35,513 nucleotides of DNA from a bacterium (GCA_013359335.1 JABWBZ010000016.1:1-35513), one strand, 5' to 3'. Positions 9,651 through 19,489 are shown, counted from the stretch's first letter. Made by a program: numbers and translations. The notes: generated by a model not told the origin, from the letters alone.

Positions 9651-10778
9651 CTAGGCTGGCAATTTATTTAACCGGGCGAGATATTCGGAGGGCGTTTGGC
9701 CGCTAAATTTTTTAAAATTCCTGTTGAACGACGATTTGGAATTGAAACCGCAATCGTAGGATAAACCCAGTAAGTTAAGACTTTTATTTTCCTGCAATTG
9801 AACGGCGTGTTTGAATTCTTCTATTCTTTTGAAATTGATATAATCATAAAACGTCAGTTGCAGAACCTCATTGATGTATTGGGATAAATAATTCGGGTGT
9901 ACGTTTAATACGGAAGCTAGTTTATCCAGCGACAATTCCGGATCTAAAAATATTTTTTCTTCGTCGATCTTTCTTGTCAAGGCCGTTTCAATAAATTGTT
10001 TTTTTTCCGGCGAAAGTCCCGACGTTTCGTATTTTTTTGGGGACTCGTTATTATTCGCGTCTAATTTATCCGTTTGATTCGGCGTTGCCGTCGGACTGGC
10101 CAATGATGTACCGGTGAAAACAGGCGTCTGGCGAATACCGAAAAAGCCGATCAACAATACGAACATTGCGACAACGGTATTCGTCTCTACATCTGTTCCC
10201 AGAATTACGGTTATCCAAATAATCCCGATTCCGTAAGTAATGATTTGCAGCCATTTGAGATTGATTTTTTCGATATTAGAGAAAACGTCCCTGATTTTTT
10301 TCTGATAAATATTAATGCGGTATAACGACCACAACACGTATAGAATTCCGATGAGCACAATGGCTATATATCTTATGCGGTCTAAATCTTCAAATCCAAT
10401 GCCTGCATGGGTCATGACATATAGTTTTTGTTCGGCAGGCAAACTAAAAAATTTTATAGATAAATAAATCCCAAAAAACGTTATGGGTATGAAATGAAAA
10501 ATGTTGAAAAATTTCCTTGATGGCAAGCTACCTGTTAAGGCTGACACATAAATAAAAAGCAGAGGCGGGTGAAGGAAAGGCGTAATCAGGTTAATGCCGA
10601 TGAGAAATGAAAGGTTACTTTCATAAAGCTTGGCGGAATCAAAATAAAATAAAAATTGACTGACAACGATTATCAAAAGCCAGAACAAAAGTACGTTGTC
10701 AGCCGTTATTTTATTTTTTTTGAATAACAGCAATACAAACAAAAAAACAGATATGGCGATGCCAAATATAAATATCAT
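9651..10778 (-). CDS. Membrane-anchored AraC family transcriptional regulator
   Basis: Several N-terminal TM helices; C-terminal FYDYINFKRIEEF, GFNSKSSFNRNFKK, TPSEY. Start could be 10778 or 10802. Confidence 0.92.
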   Translation of the reverse strand: MIFIFGIAISVFLFVLLLFKKNKITADNVLLFWLLIIVVSQFLFYFDSAKLYESNLSFLIGINLITPFLHPPLLFIYVSALTGSLPSRKFFNIFHFIPITFFGIYLSIKFFSLPAEQKLYVMTHAGIGFEDLDRIRYIAIVLIGILYVLWSLYRINIYQKKIRDVFSNIEKINLKWLQIITYGIGIIWITVILGTDVETNTVVAMFVLLIGFFGIRQTPVFTGTSLASPTATPNQTDKLDANNNESPKKYETSGLSPEKKQFIETALTRKIDEEKIFLDPELSLDKLASVLNVHPNYLSQYINEVLQLTFYDYINFKRIEEFKHAVQLQENKSLNLLGLSYDCGFNSKSSFNRNFKKFSGQTPSEYLARLNKLPA

Positions 10779-10847
10779 AATCGAACGATGATTATTCGAC
10801 AAATATATCTGTTATTCGAGCAATTTCATAGAACATTTTCGTATCGA

Positions 10848-12719
10848 TCATGCTTTTACATTATCGACCATGAGTTTGGCGACGAGTTTCGCAAAATTAG
10901 ACGGATCTTTCGGCTTGGAACCTTCCAACAAAAGCGCCTGATCGTACAAAAGCCCGGCGTATTCTTTTAACGTCGGGTGACTCTTGTCTTTTTCGAATAA
11001 CGCATTCATCGATTCGAAAAGCGAGTGCGAGGGATTGAGTTCTAAAATGCGTTTGCCGCCGGGAACGCTTTGTCCCATGGCTTTGAGGATGCGCTCCATA
11101 TTCTGATCCATATCGCCTTCATCGGCCACCAGCACGCACGCGGAGTCTTTAAGGCGGCTCGAAAAACGAACTTCTTTCACATCGTCTTTCAAAACGTCTT
11201 TGATGAGGTCGATCAGTTTTGAATATTTTTTCTGCGCATCTTTTTTCTGTGTTGCACGAGTCTTGTCGATGTCAATGTCGCCTTTAGTAACCGATTTTAC
11301 TTTTTTGCCCTGATATTCCAGTTCGTGTGAAATAAAGTCATCGATTTCATCCAACAGAAAAAGCACTTCGTAATCTTTTTCTTTGAAGGCTTCCAAATAA
11401 GGCGATTTTTCGAGTTCCTCGCGCGACGATCCGGTTATGTAATAAATTTCCTCCTGGCCGGATTTCATGCCGTCGACGTAATTTTTCAGCGTCGTGTATT
11501 TTCCGCGTTCCGTACGGGTCGATTCGAATAACATTAAATCGCGAAGGGCATCCTTTCGTTGCTGATCGACGTAGAGGCCTTCTTTGAGCGATTTACGAAA
11601 TTCATTATAAAATTCGACGTATTTTTCATATTCCGCCGTTTTCATTTCCGACAGCGTATCGAGAACTTTTTTGGTAATGTTTTTCTTAATGACTTCGATC
11701 TGGCGATTGGATTGCAAAATTTCACGCGAGACATTCAATGGCAGATCGGAGGACTCGACGACGCCTTTGACAAATCTCAAATAGACCGGAAGCAGTTCCT
11801 CACAGTGATCCATGATCTGTACGCGTTTGACATACAACGTCGGTCCGATTTTGTATTCTTTGTAAAACAAATCGAATGGCGCTTTTTGCGGAATAAAAAG
11901 CAACGCGGAAAATTCCGACGTACCTTCCGCTTTGAAATGAATCACTTTCGCCGGATCGGTAAAGTCATGAGAGACGTGTTTATAAAACTCGTTGTATTCT
12001 TCGGCTGTAATTTCCGATTTATCCTTCAGCCAGATTGCTTTTCTGGAATTGAGAGTTTCTTCGGTGATTTTTTTGTCTTTTTCAACATCCATACAAATCG
12101 GATGTTCGATATAATCGGAATATTTTTTGACAATACGGCGAATTTCCCATTCATCCAGAAAATGTTTTTCATCTTCTTTCAGATACAAAATCACGTCCGT
12201 ACCGCGCGAGGACCGTTCAAACGATTCGATTTCAAACGTTCCTTCCGCCTTCGATTCCCACCGAACGGCTTTATCTTTGGGCTCGCCCGCTTTACGTGAA
12301 ATGACGGCGATTTTTTCGGCCACCATAAAACCCGAATAAAAACCGACGCCAAACTGGCCAATGAGTTCAGGATGATCCTTGATTTGCTGAGAACTCAAAT
12401 GCTGTAAAAATTCTTTGGTACCGGAATGCGCAATGGTACCGAGCGAACGCACGATGTCCTCTTCATTCATTCCGATTCCGTTGTCGCTGATAGTAAGAGT
12501 GCCGGCTGACTTATCGGCTTTGATTTTGATTTTCCAATCGGCGTCGCCTTCGATAATCGATGTATTGGTCAGCGATTCATAGCGCACTTTATCAATGGCG
12601 TCGGACGCATTGGAAAGCAATTCACGCAAGAAAATTTCTTTATGGGAATACAGCGAATGGATCATCAGGTCCAGAAGCTGTTTCACTTCGGCCTTAAACT
12701 GCAGAGTCTGAACGGACAT
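10848..12719 (-). CDS. htpG: Molecular chaperone HtpG (Hsp90)
   Basis: FKAEVKQLLDLMIHSLYSHKEIFLRELLSNASDA, DNGIGM, IGQFGVGFYS, LPLNVSREILQ; GAGGTG SD before ATG 12719. Confidence 0.98.
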   Translation of the reverse strand: MSVQTLQFKAEVKQLLDLMIHSLYSHKEIFLRELLSNASDAIDKVRYESLTNTSIIEGDADWKIKIKADKSAGTLTISDNGIGMNEEDIVRSLGTIAHSGTKEFLQHLSSQQIKDHPELIGQFGVGFYSGFMVAEKIAVISRKAGEPKDKAVRWESKAEGTFEIESFERSSRGTDVILYLKEDEKHFLDEWEIRRIVKKYSDYIEHPICMDVEKDKKITEETLNSRKAIWLKDKSEITAEEYNEFYKHVSHDFTDPAKVIHFKAEGTSEFSALLFIPQKAPFDLFYKEYKIGPTLYVKRVQIMDHCEELLPVYLRFVKGVVESSDLPLNVSREILQSNRQIEVIKKNITKKVLDTLSEMKTAEYEKYVEFYNEFRKSLKEGLYVDQQRKDALRDLMLFESTRTERGKYTTLKNYVDGMKSGQEEIYYITGSSREELEKSPYLEAFKEKDYEVLFLLDEIDDFISHELEYQGKKVKSVTKGDIDIDKTRATQKKDAQKKYSKLIDLIKDVLKDDVKEVRFSSRLKDSACVLVADEGDMDQNMERILKAMGQSVPGGKRILELNPSHSLFESMNALFEKDKSHPTLKEYAGLLYDQALLLEGSKPKDPSNFAKLVAKLMVDNVKA

Positions 12720-12874
12720 AATAATCACCTCGTTGTTGTTAACAATGCTTGGTTTTTTTAGCGGGTCGGAAAGTAAAAAATTTTAGGTGAAAATGCAATA
12801 ATACTGTATTCAAAATTTTCTTGTAATTACTCAACTTTTCTTTATTATATTCGTTTTACACTAAAAACAAGGTT

Positions 12875-13720
12875 ATGCAAGCCGACATTGACATACTTCA
12901 TCATTCCGATTTTTATCGTGTTCTGGATTTTAAATGCCGTTGCACGGATCATGGCACGTCGCCGCGGGAATACGTCCAGTCTTTTTCCGTCAGTTTTATC
13001 CGCAAAGGCAATTTTATTTACAACGTATTTCGCCACTCCTACGATTCCTACAATGGAAAAATCCTTCTGACCAAAGCCGGTCACGAACATACGGTTACCC
13101 ACGCCCATCACGTTCCGGATGAATGCACCATTATTCAATTCAGCCAGCGCTTTTATCAGCATTTGATCGATCATTACCATTTGAAACGCCATTGGTTTTT
13201 TGGCAATTCCGATCTTCACTCGATACTGCTTTCCACCGATGTCGACCTCGAATATCTTCATCATCAAATTTTGATCAATAAAAAATCCGGCAATCGCTTG
13301 CTCACGGACAATCTGATCATGGAATTGGTTCATCAAATCATGGCTAATCTGGACATTAAACAAGCCATCTCCCCGATCGGCGATAAATTGAAAAAACATC
13401 ATTTAGTCACGATTGAACGCGCCAAGGAATATATAACCAATAATTTTTCAAACGATATTTCTTTGTCAGCCATTGCCGATTACTGTTATGTCAGCCCGTT
13501 TCATTTCAGCCGAATTTTCAAAACTTTTACCGCCCACTCGCCGTACCAATATCTGCAAAAAGTCCGATTGAAAAACTCCGAATGGCTGCTGCGGCAAACC
13601 GATTGGTCCGTGACGGATATTTGTTTTGCCTCGGGCTTTAATAGTCTTGAACACTTTATTACTTCTTTCAAACAAACTTACCGGCGCTCGCCTTCCCGAT
13701 TCCGGCAATCCGGAAAATAG
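12875..13720 (+). CDS. AraC family transcriptional regulator
   Basis: SPFHFSRIFK, SPYQYL, VTDICFASGFNSLEHFITSFK, SPSRFR. Confidence 0.95.
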   Translation: MQADIDILHHSDFYRVLDFKCRCTDHGTSPREYVQSFSVSFIRKGNFIYNVFRHSYDSYNGKILLTKAGHEHTVTHAHHVPDECTIIQFSQRFYQHLIDHYHLKRHWFFGNSDLHSILLSTDVDLEYLHHQILINKKSGNRLLTDNLIMELVHQIMANLDIKQAISPIGDKLKKHHLVTIERAKEYITNNFSNDISLSAIADYCYVSPFHFSRIFKTFTAHSPYQYLQKVRLKNSEWLLRQTDWSVTDICFASGFNSLEHFITSFKQTYRRSPSRFRQSGK

Positions 13721-13760
13721 CAAGATTCCTTAAGCATCATTTTTCTTCGTTGGTTATCTT
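13714..13760 (+). promoter_or_regulatory. Putative AraC-dependent promoter, copy 1
   Basis: aaaatAGCAAgATTCCTTAAG, 20 nt, then TATCTT (13755-13760); repeated 183 nt downstream. Confidence 0.6.
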
Positions 13761-13791
13761 TCATGCGGCTAATAAACATGAAAGGTAAAAC

Positions 13792-14388
13792 ATGAATATT
13801 TTTTCTCGCAAAAAATTAGGAATTCTGTTTTTGTGCAGCGGATATTTTTTGTGCATGGCATTTCAATGGCCGGCAGAAAACTTTTCTTCCCGCGAAAAAA
13901 CAGCAAAATTCCTTAAGAACCCCGCCAAAGTTACGTTTATATTTTCCGACGCAGAACACAAAATGAAAGGTGAAACCATGAAACAGCAATTATTGGCCGC
14001 TATCGAAAAGACACGCCAGTACACCCTGAATATGGGTGAAGCCATGCCGGCAGAAAAGTATAATTTCAAACCCGATTCGGCAGTTTGGACGTACGGTGAA
14101 CTGATGCATCACATCGCTTACGGAATCGTTTGGATGGAAGAAAATTATCTCAGAAAAACAAAATCCGAATGGAATCCGCCGAAAACGGACGGGAAAAAAA
14201 CAGAAGTGATGAATTATCTCAAGCAATCGCTCGATATCCTGCAGCGCAGCGTTGCGTCCACCGGCGAAGTGAGTGAGGATTTTATCAATTCCTTTTACCT
14301 GATCATCGAACATACGGCGCATCATCGCGGCCAGGCAACAACCTATTTGCGCTGTTGCAAAATCGTACCGCCGGAATATCCGTTTTAA
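13792..14388 (+). CDS. DinB/YfiT family protein with a second in-frame start at 13978
   Basis: AMPAEKYNFKP, TYGELMHHI, EHTAHHRGQATTYLR, PPEY metal-binding pattern. Confidence 0.92.
   Translation: MNIFSRKKLGILFLCSGYFLCMAFQWPAENFSSREKTAKFLKNPAKVTFIFSDAEHKMKGETMKQQLLAAIEKTRQYTLNMGEAMPAEKYNFKPDSAVWTYGELMHHIAYGIVWMEENYLRKTKSEWNPPKTDGKKTEVMNYLKQSLDILQRSVASTGEVSEDFINSFYLIIEHTAHHRGQATTYLRCCKIVPPEYPF
13897..13943 (+). promoter_or_regulatory. Putative AraC-dependent promoter, copy 2, inside the DinB ORF
   Basis: aaaacAGCAAaATTCCTTAAG, 20 nt, then TATATT (13938-13943). Confidence 0.6.
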
Positions 14389-14472
14389 TTCAATACTCCA
14401 ACTCTTCAGCCAAGGTCAGAAGAAGCTTTTCTTTTGACCTTTTTTTTTATATGTTTCAAAAAAGGAATTTCG

Positions 14473-15162
14473 ATGCTTCAAAATAAAATTTGCATCATTA
14501 CGGGCGCATCCGGCGGACTTGGCAAAACCGTTGTCAGAAAATTTATCGACAACGGCGCAACCGTTATTGCCGTAGACGCAGCGAAAGCCGCCGATCTCAT
14601 TGAATCGGATAGCCTGGTTTTCCATCCGTGTAATATTTTAGATGAATCAAACGTACGCCAGCTTATGCGTGATGTGACTGATCAATTTAAACGGCTTGAT
14701 GCCGTGTTAAATTTAGTCGGCGGCATTTATCCATGGTCCAATGTCACGGAAATCGAAACTTCGGTATGGGAAAAAACAATCGAACTTAATTTGAAATCGG
14801 TTTTTCTATGTTCACGTGAGGCCCTGAAGATCATGATTCCGCAACGATCCGGCAAGATCGTTAATGTCGGCGCCGGTGCGGGTTTAAAAGGCGGAGCGCA
14901 AGCCGGCCCTTATGGCGCAGCCAAAGCCAGCGTAATTAATTTGACTGAAACGATGGCAGAAGAAAATAAACCGAATAATATCCAGATCAACGCGATCATT
15001 CCAAGTATCATCGATACGCCGGCCAATCGCAAAGCTATGCCGGACGCCGATTTTTCTAAATGGGTTCGTGCCGGAGAAATCGCTGAATTGTTGATATTTC
15101 TTGCTTCAGACGCTTCATCCGGTGTCACCGGTTCTATCATTAAAATTCCCGGGCGAGTATGA
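14473..15162 (+). CDS. SDR family NAD(P)-dependent oxidoreductase
   Basis: TGASGGLG, YGAAKAS (YxxxK), PSIIDTPANR; AAGGA SD before ATG 14473. Confidence 0.93.
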   Translation: MLQNKICIITGASGGLGKTVVRKFIDNGATVIAVDAAKAADLIESDSLVFHPCNILDESNVRQLMRDVTDQFKRLDAVLNLVGGIYPWSNVTEIETSVWEKTIELNLKSVFLCSREALKIMIPQRSGKIVNVGAGAGLKGGAQAGPYGAAKASVINLTETMAEENKPNNIQINAIIPSIIDTPANRKAMPDADFSKWVRAGEIAELLIFLASDASSGVTGSIIKIPGRV

Positions 15163-15926
15163 TTCATCCGACCGCCATTATTTCTCCCGATGCGGCATTA
15201 CAATCCGGCGTGTCCGTCGATGCTTTCTCAATCATTGATCGCGATGTGACGATCGGAGAAGATTCCTCTATCGCCGCCAATGTCCGCATCGAACCCTTCA
15301 CAACTCTTGGAAAACGTTGTAAGATATTTCACGGAGCGGTGATCGGTGGTATTCCGCAAGACCTGAAATTTAATGGTGAGCCTTCCGAGTTAATCATTGG
15401 CGACGATACTGCAGTTCGTGAATACGCCGTCATTCATCGAGGTACGGCTGCAACCGGTAAAACCGTAATCGGAAAAAATTGCCTGATCATGAACTACGTG
15501 CACGTCGCTCACGATTGCGTAATTGGCAATCATGTGATTCTTTCGAATGCTGTGAATATGGCAGGTCATGTGATTATTGAAGATTTTGCGGGAATCGGAG
15601 GGATGGTTCCGGTGCATCAATTCATCCGCATCGGGCAACACGCGTTCGTCGGCGGTGGTTACCGCATTGCACAGGACGTTCCGCCCTACGTGCTGGCTGC
15701 AGGGGAGCCTTTGCGTTACGCCGGGCTAAATTACGTCGGACTTCGAAGAAGAAATTTTTCTGAGGAACAAATTCGCTCGATAGAAAAAGCTTACCATATT
15801 CTTTATCGTGAAAAGCTGAATCGTGCGACGGCTTTAACCCGAATTAAAGAAGCAATGTCTCTCACGCCTGAAATCGAATCGATCATTAATTTTTTTGAAA
15901 AAAGCGAACGCGGCGTAATTAGGTGA
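15159..15926 (+). CDS. lpxA: Acyl-ACP--UDP-N-acetylglucosamine O-acyltransferase
   Basis: IHPTAII hexapeptide repeats, PQDLKF, HVAHDC, AGHV, VHQF, QDVPPY, GLNYVGLRRR. Confidence 0.96.
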   Translation: MIHPTAIISPDAALQSGVSVDAFSIIDRDVTIGEDSSIAANVRIEPFTTLGKRCKIFHGAVIGGIPQDLKFNGEPSELIIGDDTAVREYAVIHRGTAATGKTVIGKNCLIMNYVHVAHDCVIGNHVILSNAVNMAGHVIIEDFAGIGGMVPVHQFIRIGQHAFVGGGYRIAQDVPPYVLAAGEPLRYAGLNYVGLRRRNFSEEQIRSIEKAYHILYREKLNRATALTRIKEAMSLTPEIESIINFFEKSERGVIR

Positions 15927-15933
15927 AAACCCT

Positions 15934-15996
15934 GTCAGTTCGAGTGGAATCGAGAACTGAACAAAAAAATAGTCGCTTCTTCCCGATGAATCGGGA
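15934..15996. repeat. REP-like palindromes between convergent genes
   Basis: tcagttc-N12-gaactga (15935-15960) and tcccgat-ga-atcggga (15981-15996). Confidence 0.5.
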
Positions 15997-16010
15997 CTCA
16001 AGTGGCGGCA

Positions 16011-17231
16011 TTACCTCGATCTATACCATCGCCATATTTCCTTCACGGTCGGCCGTTTTCCGTACATCAGCAACGCCACTTCAAACACCCGGCTTGAAAA
16101 ACGCATTGTCAAAATCAAAAAAATAATCAATGTCACTATTGTTCCGATAATATGATACACCGGCGGTTCGGAAATAACGATGCGTAAAATCATTAACGTC
16201 GGAGTCAATGGCGGAAAATACGATAAAATATTGACCAACAGTGAATCTGGATCTTGTAAAACGAGGATGGCAAAAGCAACCGGAATCACGCCAATGGCCG
16301 AAATGACTCCCTGGATGTGTTGAATGTCCTGATCGGATGATACCACGGCTCCAATAATCGAAAAAATCGACGCCAGCATGAAATACCCCAAAACAAAATA
16401 AACTATAAAAAGCGAAATTACCTGCGGCGACAAAATGCTCAACGCCATCGGCCCCCCGAAAACCAATCCGGCCAGCATCCAGATGACGATCTGAGTCAAG
16501 CCGACCATACCGAGTCCCAGAATTTTTCCAACCATCAACTCTTTCGGCGTTACGGAAGAAATTAAAACTTCAATCACGCGATTATTTTTTTCCTCCGCCA
16601 CGCCGCGCATAAACGCGCTGCCGGAATTAAAAATCGAGAAAAATAACATCATCACGAAAATAATCGCCGCAATGTATTTTTGCATGATTTTGGATTCGTC
16701 GTTGATCTGAGAAACTTCCACATCGATTTTTCGCGCCACATTCCGGACATCAAACACGTTCACATTCATCCGGCGCAATTGTTCAACCAGGATCACGTCG
16801 CTCAGCGCGTTTTCCAATTGCCGCAGACTCTCGAAACTCCCGGTTCCTTTGACGTAATATTTCACCGTTTTTTTGGCAAAGATCGAATCGTCGAGAAACA
16901 AGTAACCGTCAACAATACCCTTGTTGACCAATTCCTTGCCGTCGCGATCTGCACGCAAAGCATCATCTGCAGGAATTTCGAGAAAATTGAATAAATGAGA
17001 TTGATTGGACTCGGCTATTTTCAGCTTCAGCGACTCCAGCGCAAAACTCGTCGCATCGGCAACCGCAATATTGGCCGTTTTTTGATTTTCACGTGAAGCA
17101 AAATAAGTAGGAACGAGTGTAAAACCGATGATAAATGTGGGCATAAAAATAATCGAAAAGATAAATCCTTTCGATTTTATTTTTTGCGTGTATTCCCACA
17201 GAAAAATATGGAAGGTTTTTTTCGTAAACAT
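16011..17231 (-). CDS. ABC-2 type transporter permease, NatB/YhaP-like
   Basis: VAEEKNNRVIEVLISSV, ELMVGKILG, 1+5 TM layout, LLMYGKRP tail. Confidence 0.93.
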   Translation of the reverse strand: MFTKKTFHIFLWEYTQKIKSKGFIFSIIFMPTFIIGFTLVPTYFASRENQKTANIAVADATSFALESLKLKIAESNQSHLFNFLEIPADDALRADRDGKELVNKGIVDGYLFLDDSIFAKKTVKYYVKGTGSFESLRQLENALSDVILVEQLRRMNVNVFDVRNVARKIDVEVSQINDESKIMQKYIAAIIFVMMLFFSIFNSGSAFMRGVAEEKNNRVIEVLISSVTPKELMVGKILGLGMVGLTQIVIWMLAGLVFGGPMALSILSPQVISLFIVYFVLGYFMLASIFSIIGAVVSSDQDIQHIQGVISAIGVIPVAFAILVLQDPDSLLVNILSYFPPLTPTLMILRIVISEPPVYHIIGTIVTLIIFLILTMRFSSRVFEVALLMYGKRPTVKEIWRWYRSR

Positions 17232-17725
17232 CAGGGAGCAGATTTACCTTTCAGATAATCGTCGAAGCTGATGCGATAATATTCTTTTTCGCCGATATAT
17301 TGGATGATATTGAGAAATTCCTGCGCCTGAATAAATCCGGGAACCAGTGTCACCATTTTTGCGTCCGATTCGAAAAACGCTGTAGCCGGATAGCCATTCA
17401 CGCCAATGCCTTGTGAAAATTGCGCGGCCGAATATTTTTTCCCGTTATAGGTAACTTGTCCGTCTTTTTCGGGATTGAGTTTAATGAGAATAAATTTGGC
17501 GTTGAGATATTTGACCACATCAGGATCGGAATATGTTTTTTGATCCATGACTTTGCACCAACTACACCAGTCCGTGTAAACGTCGATCAGCACGTGTTTA
17601 TTTTCTATCTTCGCTTTTGCCAACCCCTCATCGAAGGAATACCACTTCAATTGATCGCCAGGAAAATTCCAACTAAGCGAAAAACCAACCGCCAAAATTA
17701 ATACTGCAAACCTGATGAATCCCAT
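17231..17725 (-). CDS. Exported thioredoxin-fold protein (SoxW/DUF255-like)
   Basis: Signal peptide, YTDWCSWCKVMD, GYPAT. Confidence 0.9.
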   Translation of the reverse strand: MGFIRFAVLILAVGFSLSWNFPGDQLKWYSFDEGLAKAKIENKHVLIDVYTDWCSWCKVMDQKTYSDPDVVKYLNAKFILIKLNPEKDGQVTYNGKKYSAAQFSQGIGVNGYPATAFFESDAKMVTLVPGFIQAQEFLNIIQYIGEKEYYRISFDDYLKGKSAP

Positions 17726-17820
17726 GACATTTCTTTCTATTTATTAAACAAGCCCAATCTAATACTATTTCCAATCTTAGTAAATAATTGATTCTAAATC
17801 GTCCATAAGCTCATCTTCCA

Positions 17821-19377
17821 TCAACCATAAACTTTTTCTCCTCCAATCACCATCATGTGTACTTTGATCTTTGGAATCACGATAGCCGGAATGTTGAAAA
17901 TATCCTCAGATAATACCATGAAGTCCGCGACTTTACCTGCACTAAGACTGCCCTTGATCGATTCTTCGCCTGAAGCAAAAGCGCTCCCTGTCGTATACGC
18001 GTCAATGATTTCGTGAAGTTCAATTTTTTGTTCAGGTATCCAACTCGCATCTTCGCCACGTTTAGAACGATTTAATGCGGCAAAGATTCCCTCAAAAACA
18101 TTACACGTCTCGATCGGCACATCGGATCCAAAAACCAGAACCGCTTTGCTTTGAAGAAGCGAACGAAATGGATAGGCGTACCGGCATCGCTCACCCCAAA
18201 ATTTATTCGCCGTATCAATATCTTCCGGAATTTGTATCGGCTGCATCGACGCTATCACACCCAGCTCGGCGAATCTCAGAATGTCTTCAGGATTTAGCAA
18301 TTGACAATGCTCGATCCGTTGTCTTAATTTTTTTTCGGATAATTTTTTTCGTGCCGACGAAAAAGCGTTCAAAGCCTTCCGATTCGCCCTATCGCCGATG
18401 GCGTGAATGGCGCACGCGATGTCATTTTGTGCAGCCCGTAATACAAGATCATTAACCGAATCCTCGGTTAAAATTTCCGTTCCGAAGTTGTCCGAACCTT
18501 CGAAGGGCTCGATCATGTGCGCGGTTTGCGAACCCAACGTCCCGTCGAGAAAAATTTTCATTCCGCCGAAGCGCAGCCACTCATCGCCAAGGCCGCTTTT
18601 CAATCCTAATTCTATCACCCGATCCAAATAGCGGATCGGAAAATAAAAACTCACGCGAAGTTTTAATTCATCAAGGCGATGCAAAGTTTGGTAAGCTTTC
18701 CAATCAGGAATGGTTTCCATACAATGAACGCCGCTCAAACCTTGCGCGTAAGCTAAGTTCATTCCGTTTCTCAATGCATTCAAACGCTGCTCTTCAGTAG
18801 GCTCTGCGATGTGTTTCCAAATCAACCGGCGCGCTTCTTCTTTGATGATTCCTGATAAATCGCCATCAGCGTTTTTTAAAATTTCACCGGTCGAATCAAA
18901 CGTTGTCACGCGTGTGATCCCGGCTTTTTTGAGAGCGGCGGAATTCACCCATGACGTGTGTGCGTCACGAGCTTCCAAACACACCGGATGATCGGGCGCC
19001 ACTGCATCTAAATCTTCTTTCGAAGGATATTTAACAGGATTCCAAAGATTTTGATTCCATCCGCTGCCTTGTATCCATTGGCCTTTCGGCGTGTGAATGA
19101 CTTTTTTTCGAACCAATTCCAGAACATTTTCTTTGGATGTCAGGCCATTGAAATCAAGCTGATCTTGTTTTAAACAATACGCCAGAAAATGCGTGTGCGC
19201 ATCGGTAAATGCCGGTAAAACGCGGCGATGTTCCAAATCAATGTGTTTGAATGACGGAAATTGTGCAATCAGATCACGATTCGTTCCGGCAGCAAGGATT
19301 CGTCCATTTGAAACGGCCAGCGCTTCAACTCCATGGCCTTGACCAACATAAATTTTTCCATTCAGAAATAACGTCAT
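17821..19377 (-). CDS. Amidohydrolase_3 family protein (YtcJ-like)
   Basis: PAFTDAHTH, KIFLDGTLGSQTA, HAIGDRA, RIEHCQ, SMQP, FGSDVP, GKVADF. Confidence 0.95.
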   Translation of the reverse strand: MTLFLNGKIYVGQGHGVEALAVSNGRILAAGTNRDLIAQFPSFKHIDLEHRRVLPAFTDAHTHFLAYCLKQDQLDFNGLTSKENVLELVRKKVIHTPKGQWIQGSGWNQNLWNPVKYPSKEDLDAVAPDHPVCLEARDAHTSWVNSAALKKAGITRVTTFDSTGEILKNADGDLSGIIKEEARRLIWKHIAEPTEEQRLNALRNGMNLAYAQGLSGVHCMETIPDWKAYQTLHRLDELKLRVSFYFPIRYLDRVIELGLKSGLGDEWLRFGGMKIFLDGTLGSQTAHMIEPFEGSDNFGTEILTEDSVNDLVLRAAQNDIACAIHAIGDRANRKALNAFSSARKKLSEKKLRQRIEHCQLLNPEDILRFAELGVIASMQPIQIPEDIDTANKFWGERCRYAYPFRSLLQSKAVLVFGSDVPIETCNVFEGIFAALNRSKRGEDASWIPEQKIELHEIIDAYTTGSAFASGEESIKGSLSAGKVADFMVLSEDIFNIPAIVIPKIKVHMMVIGGEKVYG

Positions 19378-19489
19378 TCTTTATCTCCAATTTTTTTAAT
19401 CTAAGCTTTCTCAAGCTGCATTTCAATCCTGTTTGTTTTTTCGGCCAATTCGTTTACATTGACAAAGACCCATAAAAACTCATCCTGGC

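Noticed and set aside
12720-12874. CIRCE or other heat-shock operator upstream of htpG
   Set aside because: No TTAGCACTC-N9-GAGTGCTAA match; only a short ttgttaacaa palindrome at 12736-12745.
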